64,000 nt of DNA from Eledone cirrhosa (lineage: Eukaryota): assembly GCA_964016885.1 (NCBI GenBank), contig OZ024741.1:6386001-6450000 (forward strand). Reading direction: 5' to 3'. The notes beneath the pieces were generated by a model. That model saw only the letters and a program-made list of their open reading frames with translations, was not told the DNA's origin and searched no databases. This document shows positions 28,201-42,800 of the stretch, piece by piece. Numbering within the stretch: position 1 is the stretch's first letter; each line of letters opens with the position of its first letter. A program made the translations under genes and the position numbers.

Positions 28201-29618
28201 TTCTGTACCTGACAGGTATAAAGGTATTCTGTACCTGACAGGTATAAAGGTATTCTGTTCCTGACAGGTATAAAGGTATTCTGTACCTCACAGATGTAAA
28301 GGTATTCTGTACCTGACAGGTATAAAGGTATTCTGTTCGTGACAGGTATAAAGGGATTCTGTAACTGACAGATGTAAAGTTATTCTGTACCTGACAGGTA
28401 TAAAGGTATGCTGTACCTGACAGATGTAAAGGTATTCTGTACCTGACAGATGTAAAGGTATTCTGTACCTGACAGATATAAAGGTATTGTGTACCTGACA
28501 GGTATAAAGGTATTCTGTACCTGACAGGTATAAAGGTATTCTGTTCCTGACAGGTGTAAAGGTATTCTGTTCCTGACAGGTATAAAGGTATTCTGTTCCT
28601 GACAGATGTAAAGGTATTCTGTACCTGACAGGTATAAAGGTATTCTGTACCTGACAGATGTAAAGGTATTGTGTACCTGAGAGATATATAGGTATTCTGT
28701 TCCTGACATGTATAAAGATATTCTGTACCTGACAGATATAAAAGTATTCGGTACCTGACAGGTATAAATTATTCTGTACCTGACAGGTATAAAGGTATTC
28801 TGTACCTGACAGGTATTAAGGTATTCTGTACCTGACAGATGTAAAGGTATTCTGTACCTGACAGGTATAAAGGTATTCTGTACTTGACAGGTATAAAGGT
28901 ATTCTGTACCTGACAGGTATAAAGGTATTCTGTACCTGATAGGTATAAAGGTATTCTGTACCTGACAGGTATAAAGGTATTCTGTTCCTGACAGGTATAA
29001 AGGTATTGTGTACCTGACAGATGTAAAGGTATTCTGTACCTGACAGGTATAAAGTATTCTGTACCTGACAGGTATAAAGGTATTCTGTTCCTGACAGGTA
29101 TAAAGGTATTCTGTACCTAACAGATGTAAAGGTATTCTGTACCTGACAGGTATAAAGTTATTCAGTTCCTGACAGGTATAAAGGGATTCTGTACCTGACA
29201 GGTATAAAGGTATGCTGTACCTTACAGATGTAAAGGTATTCTGTACCTGACAGATGTAAAGGTATTTGTACCTGACAGATATAAATGTATTCTGTACCTG
29301 ACAGGTATAAAGGTATTCTGTACCTGACAGGTATAAAGGTATTCTGTTCCTGACAGGTATAAAGGTATTCTGTACCTGACAGATGTAAAGGTATTCTGTA
29401 CCTGACAGGTATAAACGTATTCTGTACCTGACAGGTATAAAGGTATTCTGTACCTGACAGATAAAAAAGTATTCTGTACCTGTCAGGTATAAAGGTATTC
29501 TGTACCTGACAGGTATAAAGGTATTCTGTACCTGACAGGTATAAAGGTATTCTGTACCTGAGAGATATAAAGGTATTCTGTACCTGACTGGTATAAAGGT
29601 ATGCTGTACCTGACAGAT

Positions 29619-29663
29619 GGACAGAATACCTTTATACATGTCAGGTACAGAATACCTTTACAT
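29619..29663 (-). repeat. 45-bp inverted satellite insert, copy 5 (GGAC allele)
   Basis: Same insert and junctions as copy 2. Confidence 0.95.
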
Positions 29664-32600
29664 TCTGTACCTGACAAATGTAAAGGTATTCTGTACCTGA
29701 CAGATGTAAAGGTATTCTGTACCTGACAGATGTAAAGGTATTCTGTACCTGACAGGTATAAAGGTATTCTGTACCTGACAGGTATAAAGGTATTCTGTAC
29801 CTGACAGATAAAGTATTCTGTACCTGACAGGTATAAATGTATTCTGTTCCTGACAGGTATAAAGGTATTCTGTACCTGACAGATGTAAAGGTATTCTGTA
29901 CCTGACAGGTATAAAGATATTCTGTTCTTGACAGATATAAAGGTATTCTGTACCTGACAAGTATAAAGGTATTCTGTACCTGACAGTTGTAAAGGTATTC
30001 TGTTCCTGACAGATGTAAAGGTATTCTGTACCTGACAGATATAAAGGTATTCTGTACCTGGCAGGTATAAAGGTATTCTGTTCTGGACAGGTATAAAGGT
30101 ATTCTGTACCTGACCGATGTAAAGGTATTCTGTACCTGACAGGTATAAAGCTATTCTGTACCTAACAGGTATAAAGGTATGCTGTACCTGACAGATGTAA
30201 AGGTATTCTGTACCTGACAGATGTAAAGGTATCCTGTACCTGACATATATAAAGGTATTCTGTTCCTGACAGATGTAAAGGTATTCTGTTCCTGACAGAT
30301 GTAAAGGTATTCTGTACCTGACAGGTATAAAGGTATTCTGTACCTGCCAGGTATAAAGGTATTTTGTACCTGACAGATGTAAAGGTATTCTGTACATGAC
30401 AGATATAAAGGTATTCTGTACCTGTCAGGTATAAAGGTATTCTGTACCTGACTGGTATAAAGGTATGCTGTACCTGACAGTTATAAAGGTTTTCCGTACC
30501 TGACCGATGTAAAGATACTCTGTACCTGACAGATGTAAAGGTATTCTGTACCTGACTGATATAAAGGTATTCTGTACCTGACAGGTATAAAGGTATTCTG
30601 TATCTGACAGATAAAAAGGTATTCTGTACCTGACAGATGTAAAGGTATTCTGTACCTGACAGGTATAAAGGTATTCTGTACCTGACAGATGTAAAGGTAT
30701 TCTGTTCCTGACAGATGTAAAGTTATTCTGTACCTGACAGATGTAAAGGTATTCTGTTCCTGACAGATATAAAGGTATTCTGTTCCTGACAGATGTAAAG
30801 GTATTCTGTACCTGACAGGTATAAAGGTATTCTGTACCTGACAGATGTAAAGGTATTCTGTACCTGACAGGTATAAAGGTATTCTGTTCCTGACAGGTAT
30901 AAAGGTATTCTGTACCTGACAGATGTAAAGGTATTCTGTACCTGACAGGTATAAAGGTATTCTGTACCTGACAGTTATAAAGGTATTCTGTACCTGACAG
31001 ATGTAAAGGTATTCTGTACCTGACAGGTATAAAGGTATTCTGTACCTGACAGGTATAAAGGTATTCTGTACCTGACAGATGTAAAGGTATTCTATACCTG
31101 ACAGATGTAAAGGTATTCTGTACCTCACAGATATAAAGGTATTCTGTACCTGACAGACGTAAAGGTATTGTGTTCCTGAGAGATGTAAAGGTATTCTGTA
31201 CCTGACAGGGATAAAGGTATTCTGTACCTGGCAGGTATAAAGGTATTCTGTTCTGGACAGGCATAAAGGTATTCTGTACCTGACAGATAAAAGGTATTCT
31301 GTACCTGACAGATGTAAAGGTATTCTGTACCTGACAGGTATAAAGGTATTCTGTACCTGACAGATATAAAGGTATTCTGTTCCTGACATGTATAAAGGTA
31401 TTCTGTACCTGACAGATATAAAGGTATTCTGTACCTGACAGGTATAAATTATTCTGTACCTGACAGGTATAAAGGTATTCTGTACCTGACAGGTATAAAG
31501 GTATTCTGTACCTGACAGGTATGAAGGTATTCTGTTCCTGACAGGTATAAAGGTATTCTGTACCTGACAGGTATAAAGGTATTCTGTACCTGAGAGATAT
31601 AAAGGTATTCTGTACCTGGCAGGTATAAAGGTATTCTGTACCTGACAGGTATAAAGGTATTCTGTACCTGACAGTTTTAAAGGTATTCTGTTCCTGACAG
31701 GTATAAAGGTATTCTGTACCTGACAGATGTAAAGGTATTCTGTACCTGACAGATGTAAAGTTATTCTGTACCTGACAGATGTAAAGGTATTGTGTACCTG
31801 TCAGGTATAAAGGTATTCTGTACCTGACAGGTATAAAGGTATTCTGTACCTGACAGATAAAAGGTATTCTGTACCTGACAGGTATAAAGGTATTCTGTAC
31901 TTGACAGGTATAAAGGTATTCTGTACCTGAGAGATATAAAGGTATTCTGTACCTGACAGGTATAAAGGTATTCTGTACCTGACAGGTATAAAGGTATTCT
32001 GTACCTGACAGTTTTAAAGGTATTCTGTTCCTAACAGGTATAAAGGTATTCTGTACCTGACAGATGTAAAGGTATTCTGTACCTGACAGATGTAAAGGTA
32101 TTCTGTACCTGACAGGTATAAAGGTATTCTGTTCCTGACAGGTATAAAGGGATTCTGTACCTGACAGATGTAAAGGTATTCTGTACCTGACAGGTATAAA
32201 GGTATGCTGTACCTGACAGATGTAAAGGTATTCTGTACCTGACAGATGTAAAGGTATTCTGTACCTGACAGATATAAAGGTATTGTGTACCTGTCAGGTA
32301 TAAAGGTATTCTGTACCTGACAGGTATAAAGGTATTCTGTTCCTGACAGATGTAAAGGTATTCTGTACCTGACAGGTATAAACGTATTCTGTACCTGACA
32401 GGTATAAACGTATTCTGTACCTGACAGATAAAAAAGTATTCTGTACCTGTCAGGTATAAAGGTATTCTGTACCTGACAGGTATAAAGGTATTCTGTACCT
32501 GCCAGGTATAAAGGTATTCTGTACCTGACAGATGTAAAGGTATTCTGTACATGACAGGTATAAAGGTATTCTGTACCTGTCAGGTATAAAGGTATTCTGT

Positions 32601-34946
32601 ACCTGACTGGTATAAAGGTATGCTGTACCTGACAGGTATAAAGGTTTTCCGTACCTGACCGATGTAAAGATACTCTGTACCTGACAGATGTAAAGGTATT
32701 CTGTACCTGACTGATATAAAGGTATTCTGTACCTGACAGGTATAAAGGTATTCTGTATCTGACAGATAAAAAGGTATTCTGTACCTGACAGATGTAAAGG
32801 TATTCTGTACCTGACAGGTATAAAGGTATTCTGTACCTGACAGATGTAAAGGTATTCTGTTCCTGACAGATGTAAAGTTATTCTGTACCTGACAGATGTA
32901 AAGGTATTCTGTTCCTGACAGATATAAAGGTATTCTGTTCCTGACAGATGTAAAGGTATTCTGTACCTGACAGGTATAAAGGTATTCTGTACCTGACAGA
33001 TGTAAAGGTATTCTGTACCTGACAGGTATAAAGGTATTCTGTTCCTGACAGGTATAAAGGTATTCTGTACCTGACAGATGTAAAGGTATTCTGTACCTGA
33101 CAGGTATAAAGGTATTCTGTACCTGACAGGTATAAAGGTATTCTGTACCTGACAGATGTAAAGGTATTCTGTACCTAACAGGTATAAAGGTATTCTGTAC
33201 CTGACAGGTATAAAGGTATTCTGTACCTGACAGATGTAAAGGTATTCTATACCTGACAGATGTAAAGGTATTCTGTACCTCACAGATATAAAGGTATTCT
33301 GTACCTGACAGATGTAAAGGTATTCTGTTCCTGAGAGATGTAAAGGTATTCTGTACCTGACAGGGATAAAGGTATTCTGTACCTGGCAGGTATAAAGGTA
33401 TTCTGTTCTGGACAGGTATAAAGGTATTCTGTACCTGACAGATAAAAGGTATTCTGTACCTGACAGATGTAAAGGTATTCTGTACCTGACAGGTATAAAG
33501 GTACTCTGTACTTGACAGGTATAAAGGTATTCTGTACCTGACAGGTATAAAGGTATTCTGTACCTGACAGGTTTAAAGGTATTCTGTTCCTGACAGGTAT
33601 AAAGGTATTCTGTACCTGACAGATGTAAAGGTATTCTGTACCTGACAGGTATAAAGGTATTCTGTACCTGACAGGTATGAAGGTATTCTGTTCCTGACAG
33701 GTATAAAGGTATTCTGTACCTCACAGATGTAAAGGTATTCTGTACCTGACAGGTATAAAGGTATTCTGTTCGTGACAGGTATAAAGGGATTCTGTAACTG
33801 ACAGATGTAAAGGTATTCTGTACCTGACAGGTATAAAGGGATGCTGTACCTGACAGATGTAAAGGTATTCTGTACCTGACAGATGTAAAGGTATTCTGTA
33901 CCTGACAGATATAAAGGTATTGTGTACCTGACAGGTATAAAGGTATTCTGTACCTGACAGGTATAAAGGTATTCTGTTCCTGACAGATGTAAAGGTATTC
34001 TGTTCCTGACAGGTATAAAGGTATTCTGTTCCTGACAGATGTAAAGGTATTCTGTACCTGACAGGTATAAAGGTATTCTGTACCTGACAGATGTAAAGGT
34101 ATTCTGTACCTGACAGATATAAAGGTATTCTGTTCCTGACATGTATAAAGATATTCTGTACCTGACAGATATAAAAGTATTCTGTACCTGACAGGTATAA
34201 ATTATTCTGTACCTGACAGGTATAAAGGTATTCTGTACCTGACAGGTATTAAGGTATTCTGTACCTGACAGATGTAAAGGTATTCTGTACCTGACAGGTA
34301 TAAAGGTATTCTGTACTTGACAGGTATAAAGGTATTCTGTACCTGACAGGTATAAAGCTATTCTGTACCTGACAGATGTAAAGGTATTCTGTACCTGACA
34401 GGTATAAAGTATTCTGTACCTGACAGGTATAAAGGTATTCTGTTCCTGACAGGTATAAAGGTATTCTGCACCTGACAGATGTAAAGGTATTCTGTACCTG
34501 ACAGGTATAAAGTTATTCTGTTCCTGACAGGTATAAAGGGATTCTGTACCTGACAGGTATAAAGGTATGCTGTACCTGACAGATGTAAAGGTATTCTGTA
34601 CCTGACAGATGTAAAGGTATTTGTACCTGACAGATATAAATGTATTCTGTACCTGACAGGTATAAAGGTATTCTGTACCTGACAGGTATAAAGGTTCCTG
34701 TTCCTGACAGATGTAAAGGTATTCTGTACCTGACAGGTATAAACGTATTCTGTACCTGACAGGTATAAAGGTATTCTGTACCTGACAGATAAAAAAGTAT
34801 TCTGTACCTGTCAGGTATAAAGGTATTCTGTACCTGACAGGTATAAAGGTATTCTGTACCTGACAGGTATAAAGGTATTCTGTACCTGAGAGATATAAAG
34901 GTATTCTGTACCTGACTGGTATAAAGGTATGCTGTACCTGACAGAT

Positions 34947-34991
34947 GTACAGAATACATTTATACATGTCAGGTACAGAATACCTTTACAT
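34947..34991 (-). repeat. 45-bp inverted satellite insert, copy 6 (GTAC allele, private atacattt)
   Basis: gtacagaatacatttatacatgtcaggtacagaatacctttacat. Confidence 0.95.
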
Positions 34992-36824
34992 TCTGTACCT
35001 GACAAATGTAAAGGTATTCTGTACCTGACAGATGTAAAGGTATTCTGTACCTGACAGATGTAAAGGTATTCTGTACCTGACAGGTATAAAGCTATTCTGT
35101 ATCTAACAGGTATAAAGGTATGCTGTACCTGACAGATGTAAAGGTATTCTGTACCTGACAAATGTAAAGGTATTCTGTTCCTGACAGATGTAAAGGTATC
35201 CTGTACCTGACAGATATAAAGGTATTCTGTACCTGACAGATGTAAAGGTATTCTGTACCTGACAGATGTAAAGGTATTCTGTACCTGACAGGTATAAAGG
35301 TATTCTGTTCCTGACAGGGATAAAGGTATTCTGTTCCTGACAGATGTAAAGGTATTCTGTACCTGACAGATGTAAAGATATTCTGTTCCTGACAGGTATA
35401 AAGGTATTCTGTACCTGACAGGTATAAAGGTATTCTGTTCCTGACAGATGTAAAGGTATTCTGTACCTGACAGATGTAAAGGTATTCTGTACCTGACAGG
35501 TATAAAGGTATTCTGTACCTGACAGATATAAAGGTATTCTGTTCCTGACATGTATAAAGGTATTCTGTACCTGACAGATATAAAGGTATTCTTTACCTGA
35601 CAGGTATAAATTATTCTGAACCTGACAGGTATAAAGGTATTCTGTACCTGACAGGTATAAAGGTATTCTGTACCTGACAGGTATGAAGGTATTCTGTTCC
35701 TGACAGGTATAAAGGTATTCTGTACCTGACAGGTATAAAGGTATTCTGTACCTGACAGATATAAAGGTATTCTGTACCTGACAGGTATAAAGGTATTCTG
35801 TACCTGACAGATGTAAAGGTATTCTGTACCTGACAGGTATAAAGGTATTCTGTACTTGACAGGTATAAAGGTATTCTGTACCTGAGAGATATAAAGGTAT
35901 TCTGTACCTGGCAGGTATAAAGGTATTCTGTACCTGACAGGTATAAAGGTATTCTGTACCTGACAGTTTTAAAGGTATTCTGTTCCTGACAGGTATAAAG
36001 GTATTCTGTACCTGACAGATGTAAAGGTATTCTGTACCTGACAGATGTAAAGGTATTCTGTACCTGACAGGTATAAAGGTATTCTGTTCCTGACAGGTAT
36101 AAAGGGATACTGTACCTGACAGATGTAAAGGTATTCTGTACCTGACAGGTATAAAGGTATGCTGTACCTGACAGATGTAAAGGTATTCTGTACCTGACAG
36201 ATGTAAAGGTATTCTGTACCTGACAGATATAAAGGTATTGTGTACCTGTCAGGTATAAAGGTATTCTGTACCTGACAGGTATAAAGGTATTCTGTACCTG
36301 ACAGGTATAAAGGTATTCTGTACCTGACAGGTATGAAGGTATTCTGTTCCTGACAGGTATAAAGGTATTCTGTACCTGACAGGTATAAAGGTATTCTGTA
36401 CCTGACAGATATAAAGGTATTCGGTACCTGACAGGTATAAAGGTATTCTGTACCTGACAGATGTAAAGGTATTCTGTACCTGACAGATGTAAAGGTATTT
36501 GTACCTGACAGATATAAATGTATTCTGTACCTGACAGGTATAAAGGTATTCTGTACCTGACAGGTATAAAGGTTCCTGTTCCTGACAGATGTAAAGGTAT
36601 TCTGTACCAGACAGGTATAAACGTATTCTGTACCTGACAGGTATAAAGGTATTCTGTACCTGACAGATAAAAAAGTATTCTGTACCTGTCAGGTATAAAG
36701 GTATTCTGTACCTGACAGGTATAAAGGTATTCTGTACCTGACAGGTATAAAGGTATTCTGTACCTGAGAGATATAAAGGTATTCTGTACCTGACTGGTAT
36801 AAAGGTATGCTGTACCAGACAGAT

Positions 36825-36869
36825 GTACAGAATACCTTTATACATGTCAGGTACAGAATACCTTTACAT
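36825..36869 (-). repeat. 45-bp inverted satellite insert, copy 7 (GTAC allele)
   Basis: gtacagaatacctttatacatgtcaggtacagaatacctttacat, 1878 bp after copy 6. Confidence 0.95.
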
Positions 36870-36999
36870 TCTGTACCTGACAAATGTAAAGGTATTCTGT
36901 ACCTGACAGATGTAAAGGTATTCTGTACCTGACAGATGTAAAGGTATTCTGTACCTGACAGGTATAAAGCTATTCTGTATCTAACAGGTATAAAGGTAT

Positions 37000-39900
37000 G
37001 CTGTACCTGACAGATGTAAAGGTATTCTGTACCTGACAAATGTAAAGGTATTCTGTTCCTGACAGATGTAAAGGTATCCTGTACCTGACAGATATAAAGG
37101 TATTCTGTACCTGACAGATGTAAAGGTATTCTGTACCTGACAGATGTAAAGGTATTCTGTACCTGACAGGTATAAAGGTATTCTGTACCTGACAGGGATA
37201 AAGGTATTCTGTTCCTGACAGATGTAAAGGTATTCTGTACCTGACAGATGTAAAGATATTCTGTTCCTGACAGGTATAAAGGTATTCTGTACCTGACAGG
37301 TATAAAGGTATTCTGTTCCTGACAGATGTAAAGGTATTCTGTACCTGACAGATGTAAAGGTATTCTGTACCTGACAGGTAGAAAGGTATTCTGTACCTGA
37401 CAGATATAAAGGTATTCTGTTCCTGACATGTATAAAGGTATTCTGTACCTGACAGATATAAAGGTATTCTTTACCTGACAGGTATAAATTATTCTGAACC
37501 TGACAGGTATAAAGGTATTCTGTACCTGACAGGTATAAAGGTATTCTGTACCTGACAGGTATGAAGGTATTCTGTTCCTGACAGGTATAAAGGTATTCTG
37601 TACCTGACAGGTATAAAGGTATTCTGTACCTGACAGATATAAAGGTATTCTGTACCTGACAGGTATAAAGGTATTCTGTACCTGACAGATGTAAAAGTAT
37701 TCTGTACCTGACAGATGTAAAGGTATTCTGTACCTGACAGGTATAAAGGTATTCTGTACTTGACAGGTATAAAGGTATTCTGTACCTGAGAGATATAAAG
37801 GTATTCTGTACCTGGCAGGTATAAAGGTATTCTGTACCTGACAGGTATAAAGGTATTCTGTACCTGACAGTTTTAAAGGTATTCTGTTCCTGACAGGTAT
37901 AAAGGTATTCTGTACCTGACAGATGTAAAGGTATTCTGTACCTGACAGATGTAAAGGTATTCTGTACCTGACAGGTATAAAGGTATTCTGTTCCTGACAG
38001 GTATAAAGGGATACTGTACCTGACAGATGTAAAGGTATTCTGTACCTGACAGGTATAAAGGTATGCTGTACCTGACAGATGTAAAGGTATTCTGTACCTG
38101 ACAGATGTAAAGGTATTCTGTACCTGACAGATATAAAGGTATTGTGTACCTGTCAGGTATAAAGGAATTCTGTACCTGACAGGTATAAAGGTATTCTGTA
38201 CCTGACAGGTATAAAGGTATTCTGTACCTGACAGGTATGAAGGTATTCTGTTCCTGACAGGTATAAAGGTATTCTGTACCTGACAGGTATAAAGGTATTC
38301 TGTACCTGACAGATATAAAGGTATTCGGTACCTGACAGGTATAAAGGTATTCTGTACCTGACAGATGTAAAGGTATTCTGTACCTGACAGATGTAAAGGT
38401 ATTCAGTACCTGACAGGTATAAAGGTATTCTGTACTTGACAGGTATAAAGGTATTCTGTACCTGACAGGTATAAAGGTATTTTGTACCTGACAGGTATAA
38501 AGGTATTCTGTACCTGACAGGTATAAAGGTATTCTGTTCCTGACAGGTATAAAGGTATTCTGTACCTGACAGATGTTAAGGTATTCTGTACCTGACAGGT
38601 ATAAAGGTATTCTGTACCTGACAGGTATAAAGGTATTCTGTTCCTGACAGGTATAAAGGTATTCTGTACCTGACAGATGTAAAGGTATTCTGTACCTGAC
38701 AGGTATAAAGGTATTCTGTTCCTGACAGGTATAAAGGGATTCTGTACCTGACAGATGTAAAGGTATTCTGTACCTGACAGGTATAAATGTATGCTCTACC
38801 TGACAGATGTAAAGGTATTCTGTTCCTGACAGATGTAAAGGTATTCTGTACCTGACAGATATAAAGGTATTGTGTACCTGTCAGGTATAAAGGTATTCTG
38901 TACCTGACAGGTATAAAGGTATTCTGTTCCTGACAGATGTAAAGGTATTCTGTTCCTGACAGATGTAAAGGTTTTCTGTACCTGACAGGTATAAAGGTAT
39001 TCTGTACCTGACAGGGATAAAGGTATTCTGTACCTGACAGATGTAAAGGTATTCTGTACCTGACAGATGTAAAGATATTCTGTTCCTGACAGGTATAAAG
39101 GTATTCTGTACCTGACAGGTATAAAGGTATTCTGTTCCTGACAGATGTAAGGGTATTCTGTACCTGACAGATGTAAAGGTATTCTGTACCTGACAGGTAT
39201 AAAGGTATTCTGTACCTGACAGATATAAAGGTATTCTGTTCCTGACATGTATAAAGGTATTCTGTACCTGACAGATATAAAGGTATTCTGTACCTGACAG
39301 GTATAAATTATTCTGTACCTGACAGGTATAAAGGTATTCTGTACCTGACTGGTATAAAGGTATTCTGTACCTGACAGGTATGAAGGTATTCTGTTCCTGA
39401 CAGGTATAAAGGTATTCTGTACCTGACAGGTATAAAGGTATTCTGTACCTGACAGATATAAAGGTCTTCTGTACCTGACAGGTATAAAGGTATTCTGTAC
39501 CTGACAGATGTAAAGGTATTCTGAACCTAACAGATGTAAAGGTATTCTGTACCTGACAGGTATAAAGGTATTCTGTACCTGAGAGATATAAAGGTATTCT
39601 GTACCTGACTGGTATAAAGGTATGCTGTACCTGACAGATGTACAGAATACCTTTATACATGTCAGGTACAGAATACCTTTACATTCTGTACCTGACAAAT
39701 GTAAAGGTATTCTGTACCTGACAGATGTAAAGGTATTCTGTACCTGACAGATGTAAAGGTATTCTGTACCTGACAGGTATAAAGGTATTCTGTACCTGAC
39801 AGGTATAAAGGTATTCTGTACCTGACAGATAAAGTATTCTGTACCTGACAGGTATAAAGGTATTCTGTTCCTGACAGGTATAAAGGTATTCTGTACCTGA

Positions 39901-42800
39901 CAGATGTAAAGGTATTCTGTACCTGACAGGTATAAAGATATTCTGTTCTTGGCAGATATAAAGGTATTCTGTACCTGACAGGTATAAAGGTATTCTGTAC
40001 CTGACAGATGTAAAGGTATTCTGTTCCTGACAGATGTAAAGTTATTCTGTACCTGACAGATATAAAGGTATTCTGTACCTGGCAGGTATAAAGGTATTCT
40101 GTTCTGGACAGGTATAAATGTATTCTGTACCTGACCGATGTAAAGGTATTCTGTACCTGACAGGTATAAAGCTATTCTGTATCTAACAGGTATAAAGGTA
40201 TGCTGTACCTGACAGATGTAAATGTATTCTGTACCTGACAAATGTAAAGGTATTCTGTTCCTGACAGATGTAAAGGTATCCTGTACCTGACAGATATAAA
40301 GGTATTCTGTACCTGACAGATGTAAAGGTATTCTGTACCTGACAGATGTAAAGGTATTCTGTACCTGACAGGTATAAAAGTATTCTGTACCTGACAGGGA
40401 TAAAGGTATTCTGTTCCTGACAGATGTAAAGGTATTCTGTACCTGACAGATGTAAAGATATTCTGTTCCTGACAGGTATAAAGGTATTCTGTACCTGACA
40501 GGTATAAAGGTATTCTGTTCCTGACAGATGTAAAGGTATTCTGTACCTGACAGATGTAAAGGTATTCTGTACCTGACAGGTATAAAGGTATTCTGTACCT
40601 GACAGATATAAAGGTATTCTGTTCCTGACATGTATAAAGGTATTCTGTACCTGACAGATATAAAGGTATTCTTTACCTGACAGGTATAAATTATTCTGAA
40701 CCTGACAGGTATAAAGGTATTCTGTACCTGACAGGTATAAAGGTATTCTGTACCTGACAGGTATGAAGGTATTCTGTTCCTGACAGGTATAAAGGTATTC
40801 TGTACCTGACAGGTATAAAGGTATTCTGTACCTGACAGATATAAAGGTATTCTGTACCTGACAGGTATAAAGGTATTCTGTACCTGACAGATGTAAAGGT
40901 ATTCTGTACCTGACAGATGTAAAGGTATTCTGTACCTGACAGGTATAAAGGTATTCTGTACTTGACAGGTATAAAGGTATTCTGTACCTGAGAGATATAA
41001 AGGTATTCTGTACCTGGCAGGTATAAAGGTATTCTGTACCTGACAGGTATAAAGGTATTCTGTACCTGACAGTTTTAAAGGTATTCTGTTCCTGACAGGT
41101 ATAAAGGTATTCTGTACCTGACAGATGTAAAGGTATTCTGTACCTGACAGATGTAAAGGTATTCTGTACCTGACAGGTATAAAGGTATTCTGTTCCTGAC
41201 AGGTATAAAGGGATACTGTACCTGACAGATGTAAAGGTATTCTGTACCTGACAGGTATAAAGGTATGCTGTACCTGACAGATGTAAAGGTATTCTGTACC
41301 TGACAGATGTAAAGGTATTCTGTACCTGACAGATATAAAGGTATTGTGTACCTGTCAGGTATAAAGGTATTCTGTACCTGACAGGTATAAAGGTATTCTG
41401 TACCTGACAGGTATAAAGGTATTCTGTACCTGACAGGTATGAAGGTATTCTGTTCCTGACAGGTATAAAGGTATTCTGTACCTGACAGGTATAAAGGTAT
41501 TCTGTACCTGACAGATATAAAGGTATTCGGTACCTGACAGGTATAAAGGTATTCTGTACCTGACAGATGTAAAGGTATTCTGTACCTGACAGATGTAAAG
41601 GTATTCAGTACCTGACAGGTATAAAGGTATTCTGTACTTGACAGGTATAAAGGTATTCTGTACCTGACAGGTATAAAGGTATTTTGTACCTGACAGGTAT
41701 AAAGGTATTCTGTACCTGACAGGTATAAAGGTATTCTGTTCCTGACAGGTATAAAGGTATTCTGTACCTGACAGATGTTAAGGTATTCTGTACCTGACAG
41801 GTATAAAGGTATTCTGTACCTGACAGGTATAAAGGTATTCTGTTCCTGACAGGTATAAAGGTATTCTGTACCTGACAGATGTAAAGGTATTATGTACCTG
41901 ACAGGTATAAAGGTATTCTGTTCCTGACAGGTATAAAGGGATTCTGTACCTGACAGATGTAAAGGTATTCTGTACCTGACAGGTATAAATGTATGCTCTA
42001 CCTGACAGATGTAAAGGTATTCTGTACCTGACAGATGTAAAGGTATTCTGTACCTGACAGATATAAAGGTATTGTGTACCTGTCAGGTATAAAGGTATTC
42101 TGTACCTGACAGGTATAAAGGTATTCTGTTCCTGACAGATGTAAAGGTATTCTGTTCCTGACAGATGTAAAGGTTTTCTGTACCTGACAGGTATAAAGGT
42201 ATTCTGTACCTGACAGGGATAAAGGTATTCTGTTCCTGACAGATGTAAAGGTATTCTGTACCTGACAGATGTAAAGATATTCTGTTCCTGACAGGTATAA
42301 AGGTATTCTGTACCTGACAGGTATAAAGGTATTCTGTTCCTGACAGATGTAAGGGTATTCTGTACCTGACAGATGTAAAGGTATTCTGTACCTGACAGGT
42401 ATAAAGGTATTCTGTACCTGACAGATATAAAGGTATTCTGTTCCTGACATGTATAAAGGTATTCTGTACCTGACAGATATAAAGGTATTCTGTACCTGAC
42501 AGGTATAAATTATTCTGTACCTGACAGGTATAAAGGTATTCTGTACCTGACAGGTATAAAGGTATTCTGTACCTGACAGGTATGAAGGTATTCTGTTCCT
42601 GACAGGTATAAAGGTATTCTGTACCTGACAGGTATAAAGGTATTCTGTACCTGACAGATATAAAGGTCTTCTGTACCTGACAGGTATAAAGGTATTCTGT
42701 ACCTGACAGATGTAAAGGTATTCTGAACCTAACAGATGTAAAGGTATTCTGTACCTGACAGGTATAAAGGTATTCTGTACTTGACAGGTATAAAGGTATT
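37000..42800 (+). repeat. Higher-order duplication with 3,202-bp offset (~37.0-39.55 kb repeated at ~40.2-42.75 kb); boundaries approximate
   Basis: Shared rare variants in the same order (ttctttacc, tctgaacc, gggatactg, gatgttaagg, atgctctacc, gtaagggta, ctgaacctaac). ORF coordinates 37429/40631 and 38796/41998 differ by 3202. Confidence 0.85.
39640..39684 (-). repeat. 45-bp inverted satellite insert, copy 8 (GTAC allele)
   Basis: Same insert as copy 7. Confidence 0.95.
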